From a virus (Duplodnaviria; Caudoviricetes), in the IMG/VR virus record IMGVR_UViG_3300025889_000152, positions 1 to 54,782 of that record: a stretch of DNA of 54,782 nt; one strand, 5' to 3'. The notes beneath the pieces were generated by a model. It was not told the origin of the DNA, made no database searches, and saw only the letters and a list, made by a program, of their open reading frames with translations. Of the stretch, positions 16,738 through 25,478 are shown piece after piece; the stretch's first letter is position 1; each line of letters opens with the position of its first letter. Position numbers and translations under genes: made by a program.

Positions 16738-16750
16738 GAGGTAATCCCTA

Positions 16751-16960
16751 ATGGAAACAATACATATCCATAGGGACGACTCACCTGATGGGGTTAGGAT
16801 CAATCTTCGCGATTATGATCCTAACTTTCATCGTTTATGGGTCGCCCCAAAAGTAGAACAGCCAAAAATAGAAACTGTTGAAATTGCGGGCTTGCAAGAG
16901 CCTGTTGAAGAAACTCCTGTTGAACCAGTAAAAAGAACTCGCAGAAAGAGAGGTGAATAA
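16751..16960 (+). CDS. Small hypothetical protein in head cluster
   Basis: 69 aa, GAGG RBS, translationally coupled to the next gene. Confidence 0.6.
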   Translation: METIHIHRDDSPDGVRINLRDYDPNFHRLWVAPKVEQPKIETVEIAGLQEPVEETPVEPVKRTRRKRGE

Positions 16961-18144
16961 TGGCTGTTCCCTCTAATTATGCTGCTTTGGTCACAGCGAT
17001 CGATGCAATTTTAACAACATACGGTTTATCGCTGTTTCAGGTATTCGGTGGGCGATCGACTCAGCCTTCTTTACGCGAACTAATATCTTTGCGATGGAAA
17101 TTATTTAGTATGACCACACCCGCAAATTATGCAACTTTAATAGCTGAAATTGATGTTGTAATCGAAAGCTACGGGCTAAGCTTGCAAGAAGTATTCGGTG
17201 GGCGATCGACTCAACCAACTTTGCAAGAGCTTATAGATTTAAGGTATGAATTATTTGAAGTTGGTGGTTCTGGTGGCATTGACCTTACCGCGCCGCCTAC
17301 AAACATCGGCACAACTACACCTGTAGCTGTTAATTCAACAATCTTCACAGCACTTCCTGCTAACAATACTTCTGCCCTTATTGCGAGTGGCTCATCGCTC
17401 ACTGGTAGTAATGCTCAGAGCCTTGTGAATTTAAGCCAGACTTGGAATACTACAGGTACTCCAACCGCAATCTTTGCAAACATTACTGACACTGCTAGTA
17501 ATGCGGCTAGTAGCTTATTGGATTTACAGGTAGGCGGAATGAGTAGGTTTAACGTCAGGAAATCTGGCACTATCGACATTTCTAATTCTGGTACAGCAGG
17601 AGTGCTATTAAACGACAACAGCACTTCTGGTATAAGAGCAAATTCCGGTAGCGGAAATATCAAGATAGGTTCGCTAAATGGTTTTGGGTTGGGTGTTTGG
17701 AATAACTTTATCGCAATTCATCCTAGTGCGGGAATAGATACTTGCCTATACCGTGACGCAGCCAACACCCTAGCCCAACGCAACGGGGTAAATAGCCAAA
17801 CATCACGCCTCTACAAATCTTTCACGGACGTATCTAACTACACTCGTGCTGCATGGCAATTCAACGCTAATGGAATTGCTCTTGCTGGCGAAAGTGCTGG
17901 TACTGGTGACGCAAATATATCAATCACTCTTATCCCTAAAGGTACAGGTTCTGTTCGTACCACTGGCAAAATTTACCCTGCTACAGATGCTTTGGCAGAA
18001 CAAACTGCGACAGGGATATTGGCTGGTACTGGTGCGCCAAATAATGCTAATGGTGATAATGGCGATTTCTATTTAAGAAGTGATGGCGGCGCTCTAACCA
18101 CTATCTACCAAAAACGGGCTGGGGCGTGGGTTGGAATTGTATAA
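16960..18144 (+). CDS. Tail fibre/spike-like protein
   Basis: Duplicated 50-aa N-terminal module; DTCLYRDAANTL, ISITLIPKGTGSV and GTGAP...NGDFYLRSDG fibre-type motifs. Confidence 0.65.
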   Translation: MAVPSNYAALVTAIDAILTTYGLSLFQVFGGRSTQPSLRELISLRWKLFSMTTPANYATLIAEIDVVIESYGLSLQEVFGGRSTQPTLQELIDLRYELFEVGGSGGIDLTAPPTNIGTTTPVAVNSTIFTALPANNTSALIASGSSLTGSNAQSLVNLSQTWNTTGTPTAIFANITDTASNAASSLLDLQVGGMSRFNVRKSGTIDISNSGTAGVLLNDNSTSGIRANSGSGNIKIGSLNGFGLGVWNNFIAIHPSAGIDTCLYRDAANTLAQRNGVNSQTSRLYKSFTDVSNYTRAAWQFNANGIALAGESAGTGDANISITLIPKGTGSVRTTGKIYPATDALAEQTATGILAGTGAPNNANGDNGDFYLRSDGGALTTIYQKRAGAWVGIV

Positions 18145-18161
18145 ATAAAGGATAAACAAAA

Positions 18162-18584
18162 ATGACAATCTTAAACTTTTCAATTGATTTTACCGAAGCA
18201 CAGCTAACAGGTATTGCACAGGCTCGAACTGCTTACAATGCTACGAATGAGGCTCAGCTAACCGACTCTGAATATCTGGAATATGTGTTGCTTGGCGCTG
18301 CTAATTCTTATGCTGCTCAGTATTCAGGCTCTGCACCTGTACCACCATCGCCTATTGCGCCGCAATCCCGATCAATCGATATGCGGCGATTATGCTTGGC
18401 TTTGGAGCAAATGGAATTGCTAGATGATATTGAGTCCGCGATCGCCGCGCAATCAAGATCAGCACAAATTGAATGGGAATTTGCAACCGATGTCAGAGCC
18501 GATCATCCTTTGGTGGTGCAATTGGCTACTGCGATGAGTCTTGATATTGATGAGATATTTGATCTTGCTGAGAGCTTTACTTGA
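18162..18584 (+). CDS. Fibre assembly chaperone-like protein
   Basis: MRRLCLAL...AQIEWEFATDVRADHPLV...IDEIFDLA; directly follows the fibre gene. Confidence 0.55.
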   Translation: MTILNFSIDFTEAQLTGIAQARTAYNATNEAQLTDSEYLEYVLLGAANSYAAQYSGSAPVPPSPIAPQSRSIDMRRLCLALEQMELLDDIESAIAAQSRSAQIEWEFATDVRADHPLVVQLATAMSLDIDEIFDLAESFT

Positions 18585-18616
18585 TGCGCTAAAATGCCCC
18601 TATATCATAAATAGCT

Positions 18617-19282
18617 ATGTCGGCAATGATACATAAAACCATAATCGGGGTAGCTCCTCAGCGCCCCACGCCAGCACCCGAATCGCCGCCCCCTAGGTCG
18701 GTCGATCCTTGGGTGGTGCTTCTAATGCTTGCATCAAGCGCGGGGACGTACATCGCTACGCAAGCCCCAAAGCTGTTTAGTAGTCCCCTGTTTGCCAAGG
18801 TCGCGCAAACAGCGATCGCCGATCATCAGGCAAAAACTTCTCTCGAAGTCGCGACTGAATTAACCCAGAATAATCTGCAAATTCAGCAAACCGAGGCAAA
18901 GATTGATGAGCGCCAAGATTTGATTGATTTGCTTAAGCAGGTATTGCTCGAAACCCAGAAAGGGACTAATGAGCAGCAATCGCAAATATTGACCCTATTC
19001 GGGCAGATGATGGCATTGCAAGCAACCCATGCTAAGGCGGCTGAATCTCAGTCTGCGATCGCCGCCCGATTGGAAACCATAGCTACAGCGATCGCTGAAT
19101 CAATTACAATTTTGAATCTCAGTTCAGCCCGTAGCCAAAAGGAAACTACTGAGATACTAAAGAAAGTTGCGGACGGGCAAGAAATTACCCACGAATACGT
19201 GGCAAGCTTAGCAGGTGAATTGCGGGTCAAGCTTGCCGATATTGAGAAGACGATCGTCGATGCGATTAACGCAAAAAAATGA
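18617..19282 (+). CDS. Membrane-anchored coiled-coil protein
   Basis: Hydrophobic segment followed by heptad-rich region; last gene of the + operon. Confidence 0.55.
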   Translation: MSAMIHKTIIGVAPQRPTPAPESPPPRSVDPWVVLLMLASSAGTYIATQAPKLFSSPLFAKVAQTAIADHQAKTSLEVATELTQNNLQIQQTEAKIDERQDLIDLLKQVLLETQKGTNEQQSQILTLFGQMMALQATHAKAAESQSAIAARLETIATAIAESITILNLSSARSQKETTEILKKVADGQEITHEYVASLAGELRVKLADIEKTIVDAINAKK

Positions 19283-19312
19283 GCTACCCAAATTTGAGTA
19301 GCTCATTTTTTT
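19273..19312. terminator. Bidirectional intrinsic terminator
   Basis: AAAAAAATGAGCTAC-CCAAATTTGA-GTAGCTCATTTTTTT between convergent operons. Confidence 0.85.
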
Positions 19313-19514
19313 ATTTAAATTTTGAAAATTTATTTTCAAGGAATTGGCAAATATTCGGCTCGCCTTTGTGAATGCCAATCTCGGTAATAAACCCTTCAGC
19401 GATCGCCGCCTGTTTGAGGCGCTCAATCGTGCCTTTAGGCAAGCGTAGATTAAGTTGGGCGCGATCGCCCTCGCCTTTGGGTCGCCCCTTGCGCTTAGGG
19501 GCTAGGCTAAAAAA
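19311..19514 (-). CDS. Start-less AT-hook/ribbon-helix-helix reading frame, -1 relative to the HAD gene
   Basis: PKRKGRPKGEGDRAQLNLRLPKGTIERLKQAAIAEG...KFK*; entered through T-TTT-TTA at 19514..19508. Confidence 0.65.
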   Translation of the reverse strand, partial: FFSLAPKRKGRPKGEGDRAQLNLRLPKGTIERLKQAAIAEGFITEIGIHKGEPNICQFLENKFSKFK

Positions 19515-20005
19515 TCGTTCACATCTAGATACTCGCAGCCTAGGTTAGCGGCAAATTGGCGATCGCTATCTCTGCCATTGGCATAGGCTGGATTGCCTGA
19601 TAGATCGCCTATGTAGTGGGTGATCTTTCTGCTAAACACAGTTTGAGCAACAAACCCCATTCCTGCACGGGGTTTGCGAAAATTCAAAAGGTGATCATCA
19701 AAGTATGTCCACCCTTGTTCTTTTGTGCGCCCCCAGCAACTTTCCCCTTCATCAGGGCAAAAGAAAGCCCCAATAAAGTTAGGCTGTTGTGCCATAAGCC
19801 AATCAAACTGAGCTTTGACCACTTCGAGCGTGGTGTAGCCATGTGAAATACCAGCCTGATTGCTGATAATAATCGAGTTTTTTGGCACTCTAGCAAGGAC
19901 TTCTTCAATCAAGGGCATTTCTGCACCTTGATAGTTTTGCGGGTGTCCTGCGGCGAAATTGCCGAGTTTCCCAGCCAATACTCCATCGCGATCAAAAGCG
20001 TACAT
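19502..20005 (-). CDS. HAD-IIIA phosphatase (PNKP 3'-phosphatase/GmhB-like)
   Basis: FDRDGVL, SNQAGI, FRKPRAGM, YIGD and SDRQFA motifs. Confidence 0.85.
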   Translation of the reverse strand: MYAFDRDGVLAGKLGNFAAGHPQNYQGAEMPLIEEVLARVPKNSIIISNQAGISHGYTTLEVVKAQFDWLMAQQPNFIGAFFCPDEGESCWGRTKEQGWTYFDDHLLNFRKPRAGMGFVAQTVFSRKITHYIGDLSGNPAYANGRDSDRQFAANLGCEYLDVNDFLA

Positions 20006-20011
20006 ATTTAT

Positions 20012-20719
20012 TTACTCCTCATTGGCGGCGAAAAGTTCCCACAGCGCACGGGAAAACCACTCCTCTGCTTTTGCCGAAGCAAAAGATATGGTGTCTTCGT
20101 CAAAGTTTTTTTCAATAGGATCAAAGAATTGAGGCTGGCAAATTGCCTCTTTCATGATCCGTTCTGCGGACCTTCTGTCAGGAACGGAAAAATTTTGGCA
20201 TACTTTCCCATCTAGGAATCGCGTAACTACCCCGTTTTCTACTCGCTCAATGGGGTAGCGCCACGGCGATGGGATTGGATTACTGTCTCGCTGTTTTTTT
20301 ACAATCCAGTCTGACTCAGCCAAGATGTCGGCGGCTGCATCCCAATTGGCTCCATTACACCAATAAACGGTGTCTAAGCCTTTTAGGAAATGCTTGTTTT
20401 TTTGCCCCAAAGCAAAACTAATTGCTTTAGGGCAGCCAAAAATTACGGCTATTAAACACCCTGCCAAGCGCGGGTGAAGCTGATTGATTTGCTCCATTAC
20501 CTTTGCTTCTTCTTTGCTCAGCAGAGGCAATGCACTTAGGCGGTTTCCTTTCCCTGCAAGAAGATCATCTAAGATGATCTTCTCCCTATTCAAGAAGAAT
20601 AGATCGTATTCTTCTTGCACCCGTTGGGTGTCGATGGTCAGGGTTGTGGCTGTTCGTTTCCTATCGCCTTGCCACGTCCATGTAGCAATTGGCGCGTAAT
20701 GTTTTTCTAATTCGGGCAT
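20012..20719 (-). CDS. Hypothetical protein
   Basis: 235-aa ORF with AGGAGG RBS. Confidence 0.7.
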   Translation of the reverse strand: MPELEKHYAPIATWTWQGDRKRTATTLTIDTQRVQEEYDLFFLNREKIILDDLLAGKGNRLSALPLLSKEEAKVMEQINQLHPRLAGCLIAVIFGCPKAISFALGQKNKHFLKGLDTVYWCNGANWDAAADILAESDWIVKKQRDSNPIPSPWRYPIERVENGVVTRFLDGKVCQNFSVPDRRSAERIMKEAICQPQFFDPIEKNFDEDTISFASAKAEEWFSRALWELFAANEE

Positions 20720-20758
20720 TTGCGCCTCCTTGACGCTAATTTAATTGCCTTTCGGCAA

Positions 20759-20987
20759 TGCGATCGCTAGGACTCGAACCCAGCTTATAAGCAATCTTTT
20801 CGCCTATGATGTTGCCCTTGGATTGATACTGAGAGGTGATCAAGCTCTCTTTCTCATGGTGCGTCCGTTTTGTCGCACATCCTAAACAATAGGTACTTCT
20901 TCCTAAAGGAATTTTCGCTACGTGGGACTCGATCCCACTTTTAAGGCTACTTCGATTGCTAGACCCTTGCCTTGGTTAAGGGATCGC
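20759..20987 (-). ncRNA. tRNA-like structured RNA with large central insert
   Basis: GCGATC/GATCGC-A acceptor-like stem, T-arm CTGGG-TTCGAGT-CCTAG, AGCAATC/GATTGCT helix enclosing ~150 nt. Confidence 0.55.
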
Positions 20988-21071
20988 ACGGCGGGTTGGT
21001 GTACCGCCACGCTCTGCCAGATGCAGAGACGGCTCCTTTTGTTTTAAGCCCGTGGAGTCAGGGCTAGCAAA

Positions 21072-21827
21072 TTAATCAAAAACTCCTTTTCTAAAATCGT
21101 TTTTGATGCTTTCAATTTCTGTTTGCAAAGCGCGAATCTTTTCCTGAACAATGGACTCATGAGGACGAGCGCCATTGAAGAGGACAACATCAGCAAACAC
21201 TCCTCTAATGATGACGGTGTTTGCATCAGCCCATTTTTGCTGATGTCTTGTCACCCTAAAAGGGCAAACTTGAATGCTGGGGCAAATTCTTTTTAATTCA
21301 TCCCAGCATTCATTTGGTACGAATGCCCTTTTGAACGGAGTTAGTAGGCTCCCATCCATCAGTTCTCGAAACTTGGGGTGCGTTGTGATGATTTTTACGA
21401 TCTCCGCTTTTTGGGCGAAAGTCAAAGGTTTAACGGGTTTTGCACCCAATTCTTGCACCCATTTAATTTCTGTCTCCAATCTAGCAATTGTTTCTTTCGC
21501 CAAGTTGAATCGCCGAATTTCTTCAGCTTGTTTTGCGGCTTCAGTATCCGCAAGTTTTTTCAGGATGTCGCCTAATGGCTTAGAGAAATCCAATCCATTA
21601 GGCGAATCGTAGCGGTGTGCCATGATTAAATCGTGGCGCTGGTTTGGCTTTAGCGATTCCCAGACCGCTCCATTTTCTTGAAGAATGGGCAACAACGCTT
21701 GATCATACCGAATCCACTCTTGTTTCCCTTTCCACTTTATTTCAATGGTTTTTTCACAATTTTGGCACAGCCCTTGAATTCCTTCAATTTTAATTTCAGT
21801 CATTGCTTGCCTCCTTTCGTTTTTCAA
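21072..21827 (-). CDS. Hypothetical protein
   Basis: Long ORF with AGGAGG before the internal ATG; CxxC near the N-terminus. Confidence 0.65.
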   Translation of the reverse strand: MKNERRQAMTEIKIEGIQGLCQNCEKTIEIKWKGKQEWIRYDQALLPILQENGAVWESLKPNQRHDLIMAHRYDSPNGLDFSKPLGDILKKLADTEAAKQAEEIRRFNLAKETIARLETEIKWVQELGAKPVKPLTFAQKAEIVKIITTHPKFRELMDGSLLTPFKRAFVPNECWDELKRICPSIQVCPFRVTRHQQKWADANTVIIRGVFADVVLFNGARPHESIVQEKIRALQTEIESIKNDFRKGVFD

Positions 21828-21934
21828 TTTAACCTTATGTAAATCATATTAAGCGCTTAAATATAATTTGTCAACCCCTAATTTAAAAAAAATAGCGATC
21901 GCCTCAAATAGGAGCGATCGCTAATCAGGATGGG

Positions 21935-22165
21935 TTAGGGGCTGATGATTTGGCAAGCCCTAGGCAGAAAGGTTCCGCCGCTTTCCACTTCCCAAAAGGT
22001 AGCGCCAAGATACTGCACTTCCCTTTTAAATATTCCTTCCCTGCGGATGGCACGGGCGTTGTCAACTTCAATAACGCGATCGCCTATGTTGGGGGCTACG
22101 ATAGGCGATCGCGTGGGGAAAGGCAAATCAGGCTGAATGAACACTTTTTTACTCATCGTCATCAT
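21935..22165 (-). CDS. Hypothetical protein
   Basis: Coupled in - strand operon, followed by a hairpin. Confidence 0.5.
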   Translation of the reverse strand: MMTMSKKVFIQPDLPFPTRSPIVAPNIGDRVIEVDNARAIRREGIFKREVQYLGATFWEVESGGTFLPRACQIISP

Positions 22166-22592
22166 CTGGATCGGGATATTCTTGATCTAGATTGCCAATG
22201 ATTTTTAAGATTTCATATTCAACTCGTTCTTTCTCTCCACGACTTAAATTGACTGGAATAAAATCAGGTTTAGAGAACTCTGGAATATTCTTGATGCACA
22301 GATCGCAATAGGCGATCGCTCTTTCGAGTGAATAGGTGTGCGATTCATGTAATAGCCATCCTTGCCAAACGATGGTATAGGGATAAGTGCAAAGAGGATC
22401 GCTGGGAGCTTGTACAACCTTCAAGGTTTGATTGGTGTAAAAACAGCGCCATAATTCGGCTGTTTTGATGCGTTGTGGTGGCAAGCGATCTCCAACAAAT
22501 TCGCTCCACAAATCATCGTCATGGTGAATATAGTCATCGGGAAGTTTCTCGACTAAAACTACTGCGGTCTGACGGGCTAAAGAACAGATCAT
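22149..22592 (-). CDS. Hypothetical protein
   Basis: 147-aa ORF in operon. Confidence 0.6.
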   Translation of the reverse strand: MICSLARQTAVVLVEKLPDDYIHHDDDLWSEFVGDRLPPQRIKTAELWRCFYTNQTLKVVQAPSDPLCTYPYTIVWQGWLLHESHTYSLERAIAYCDLCIKNIPEFSKPDFIPVNLSRGEKERVEYEILKIIGNLDQEYPDPDDDDE

Positions 22593-22744
22593 TTAACTAA
22601 TTCCAATAGTGATAATTTATTTTACGCAAGGGGGATTAGATGGGTACTGAGTGCGCGGATCGCTACAACTGCGGGGATCTTGGGAGTAAGCGAGCGCCGC
22701 GATTGGGAATAGAAATAAAACGGAAACTGCGAGAGATAGAATTT

Positions 22745-23383
22745 TCATGCTATTAGACTCCTTAGATTTGTAATTAGAACTTCGTGCGCTTTGCTTGGCA
22801 GTGCTTGCCAATTGGGATAATTCGATTGATCGCGATCGCGGTATTTCTGTACAAAAGCTTCAAGCCTTGGCGCAATGTCAAATTCAATTTGCATAAGCAA
22901 ATCTTTGATATTTTCAATTTTGCGATCGCGATCGCTGACTGCGGCGGCAAATTCAACAGCCACATTTTTAGGTGTGCGCGGGGTGCTAATCATGATTCGC
23001 CAATCGTGGTAACTGCGATCGTGTAGCCATTCGCAACACTCGCGATTTAGGTTTGTCGAAAAATTAGCGCGGTAATCGGTGGCGCTAACTGGTCGGGGCA
23101 ACCCTTCGCCACTGCCTTTCGCCTCACGAATTTGGTTGTTATACCAAACATCGCGTTCGTCCTGCGACATTTCATAGGCTTTTAGCAAGGCTTGCCCTGC
23201 GGCGCAATCGTAGCGCTGGCAGATATACGGTACGATATCGCCTTGCGGGGGGATGTCAACCAATTCGTTTAAGTAGGGGTTACTGACTTTGCCTGAATCT
23301 TGGCAACAAAAACACTTTGCGGGGGGCGCAATTTCACGCTCAATAAGGGGCGTAGATCGAAGCGTTGCTTGTATTTTGCTCAT
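22745..23383 (-). CDS. Zn-binding replication accessory protein (helicase-loader position)
   Basis: CFCCQDSG..ICQRYDCAAG; directly downstream of the initiator. Confidence 0.55.
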   Translation of the reverse strand: MSKIQATLRSTPLIEREIAPPAKCFCCQDSGKVSNPYLNELVDIPPQGDIVPYICQRYDCAAGQALLKAYEMSQDERDVWYNNQIREAKGSGEGLPRPVSATDYRANFSTNLNRECCEWLHDRSYHDWRIMISTPRTPKNVAVEFAAAVSDRDRKIENIKDLLMQIEFDIAPRLEAFVQKYRDRDQSNYPNWQALPSKAHEVLITNLRSLIA

Positions 23384-24257
23384 TTAGATATTTCTCCCAC
23401 TGGTCATATGACCATGTTTTTTGTTCTTCCGTCCAGGTTAGAGGATTTGGTTTTAGCAATCGGGGGCGATTATCCTTTTGCGGTTTTGGGGGGCTAGAAG
23501 CCTCTGTTTTTTTCAACTTGATGTATTCCTCATAAAGGATCTTGATCTCGCCCCTACGCTTTAAATTAAACTGCCCTGACGCAATATTTTTTGCAGCGTC
23601 TGCCATATCAGGTTCCCACTCGCCTTTTTTGGCTGATGGAAGTTTTTGCAAGCGATTAAGCACAAACTCTCGAAAATCAATATCTTGCGCTAATTCGCCA
23701 CAATCAATCTCTGATGGTTTCCAATGCATCTCAAATTTTTCAATATCAGAAATTTCTGAATGCACGCGCACACAAGAATTATTTATGTGTGGATCTTGTT
23801 TAATCTGATCTGATCTGATCTGATCTGATCTAATCTCCTCTTGTCTACCGCGTGACATCGGCGTGACATCGGCGTGACAAGGCGTGACATCTTGAGCTTT
23901 AGCTAACTTGTCACGCTCTCGCTGTAAACGTTTGCGCTGTTTTGTAGCTTCAGGATGATCACTAGGCTTGTCATATTGCCTTTTATCCCAATTTCGGATC
24001 AAAATTTCGTCTTGGCTGAAGTCGATAAACCCTTTAACTTTGAATTTAGCCTTTAAAGTCCTCCAGTCTTCTGGCTGCATTTCAAGCTCAAAAGCAATAT
24101 CATCATCGTCAAGCCCTGCAATAACTCCGCGTGTTTCAGATTCACTGGCAAGGCATAGCAAAATAATAAATGCGTACCTTTCAGCAACTGGGAGTCGCTT
24201 AATTTTGGGGTCATTTCTAAACTCTGAGTGAAGTTTGAACCAAGTCATTTTACTCAT
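23340..24257 (-). CDS. Phage replication initiator / replisome organizer
   Basis: N-terminal WFKLHSEFRNDPKI...ILLCLA...IRNWDKRQ pattern; internal iteron-like repeats. Confidence 0.8.
   Translation of the reverse strand: MSKMTWFKLHSEFRNDPKIKRLPVAERYAFIILLCLASESETRGVIAGLDDDDIAFELEMQPEDWRTLKAKFKVKGFIDFSQDEILIRNWDKRQYDKPSDHPEATKQRKRLQRERDKLAKAQDVTPCHADVTPMSRGRQEEIRSDQIRSDQIKQDPHINNSCVRVHSEISDIEKFEMHWKPSEIDCGELAQDIDFREFVLNRLQKLPSAKKGEWEPDMADAAKNIASGQFNLKRRGEIKILYEEYIKLKKTEASSPPKPQKDNRPRLLKPNPLTWTEEQKTWSYDQWEKYLNEQNTSNASIYAPY
23803..23891. repeat. Iteron-like repeats, putative origin inside the initiator gene
   Basis: (ATCTG)n run 23803..23836 and four GCGTGACA units at 10-11 bp spacing, 23850..23891. 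Confidence 0.75.
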
Positions 24258-24481
24258 CCCTTCACCTCACGGGCGGCGATCGCCTCTTTGCAATTATCAA
24301 TTTGCGCTGCGGCATTAAGCCAGAATGGGTCAGCGCTGGAAAACATTGCGCCATCCCCAAAGTCTTGAGCGATGTCTGCTATCACTTCTAGCAGACCAGT
24401 GACTCCCGCCGATCCCATCATTGATCGCAATGTGGAGCGATACTTTTGATATAGGGCGGGATTTCTTTCTTTGAGCATCAT
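24254..24481 (-). CDS. Hypothetical cassette protein ending EAIAAREVKG
   Basis: ATGA coupling at both ends. Confidence 0.65.
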   Translation of the reverse strand: MMLKERNPALYQKYRSTLRSMMGSAGVTGLLEVIADIAQDFGDGAMFSSADPFWLNAAAQIDNCKEAIAAREVKG

Positions 24482-24657
24482 CCCTTCACCTCGCGGGCGG
24501 CAAAAATAGAAGCCTCAAACTCATCAGTAATGATTCCAGACTTCAAACAGATTTCTTGGTACTTCTCTTCAGTAAGAGGAATAGCGCCAAGTTGTTTGGT
24601 AATCAAAGCGCGAGTAGGGAAGCTTTGTACCCCACAAACGGTTAGCCTTTTAGCCAT
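24478..24657 (-). CDS. 59-aa hypothetical cassette protein ending FAAREVKG, not in the ORF track
   Basis: MAKRLTVCGVQSFPTR...; fills the gap exactly with coupled start/stop. Confidence 0.6.
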   Translation of the reverse strand: MAKRLTVCGVQSFPTRALITKQLGAIPLTEEKYQEICLKSGIITDEFEASIFAAREVKG

Positions 24658-24871
24658 TCTTCACCTCACGGGCGGCGATCGCCTCGCGATATTCAGGATG
24701 GATATTCATCGGCTGCAAAGCCCAGCTATCCCAATCAGAATATTTGTCTAAGCATTTTTGGCAGATCGCAAAACTAGGATCAATGCCATCAGAAACGATC
24801 CCTTCAAGGGTAAAAAGATTTCCCTCTTGCACCCATTTTTTACAGCGATCGCATCGCTCTTTAGTTTTCAT
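24650..24871 (-). CDS. Small Zn-finger cassette protein ending EAIAAREVKNG
   Basis: CDRC..CQKC. Confidence 0.65.
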   Translation of the reverse strand: MKTKERCDRCKKWVQEGNLFTLEGIVSDGIDPSFAICQKCLDKYSDWDSWALQPMNIHPEYREAIAAREVKNG

Positions 24872-25317
24872 CCTTTCACCTCCCTAGCGGCGATCGCCTG
24901 ATTTAGCAAACGGATAACAGTAGCCTTTAGGGTGCGATCTTCAGCCTTTGCTAAGGCTTTTAGATTTTCCATTAGCTCTTTGTCGATTTCTACGACTAGT
25001 TGCACTATGCCTGTTTTTTCTTGGGCAGAGCGATTTAGAGCGGGGTCGAAATACTTGATAAGAGCATTCTCGACACTTGGGAGTAGGTCAGCGTCCAAAG
25101 CAAGATACGCGATTCTAACTTGCCCCATAGCTTTTAATGCTTTGGTTCTGTGATGTCCTTGCCACCTTTGATTTAGGTTTGCAGTTCTTCCAATGTACTG
25201 AATAGTCCTTTGAGAATCGATCGCAAAATAAATGGCGGCTTCGTTTGGCAGTTCTGATTTTGACCCTAGGGGGACGCTTGGGAGTGAAGATAGATCTAGT
25301 GGCTGAGGATCAATCAT
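24868..25317 (-). CDS. GIY-YIG nuclease domain fused to ribbon-helix-helix
   Basis: AIYF..YIGRTANLNQRW..H..ENALI..PALN followed by VQLVVEIDKELMENLKALA. Confidence 0.8.
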   Translation of the reverse strand: MIDPQPLDLSSLPSVPLGSKSELPNEAAIYFAIDSQRTIQYIGRTANLNQRWQGHHRTKALKAMGQVRIAYLALDADLLPSVENALIKYFDPALNRSAQEKTGIVQLVVEIDKELMENLKALAKAEDRTLKATVIRLLNQAIAAREVKG

Positions 25318-25478
25318 GCTACACCTCCTAATTCCGCTTTAGCAATTAACTCGCGCATGGCTCTACGCAATTCCTTGGACAAATCGGTGTCAAGCTTTAA
25401 AGCTGCCTTGTTAGCATCTTCTCGCAAAGACTTAGGGGCTTGGAAATTTACTATAACTTTTGGCTCTGAATTAGTCAT
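25314..25478 (-). CDS. 54-aa ribbon-helix-helix regulator, not in the ORF track
   Basis: VIVNFQAPKSLREDANKAALKLDTDLSKELRRAMRELI; ATGA-coupled to the GIY-YIG gene. Confidence 0.7.
   Translation of the reverse strand: MTNSEPKVIVNFQAPKSLREDANKAALKLDTDLSKELRRAMRELIAKAELGGVA

Noticed and set aside
20759-20987. Canonical tmRNA or group I intron-containing tRNA
   Set aside because: No G3:U70, no recognisable tag peptide, short, and no identifiable intron core; kept only as a tRNA-like RNA
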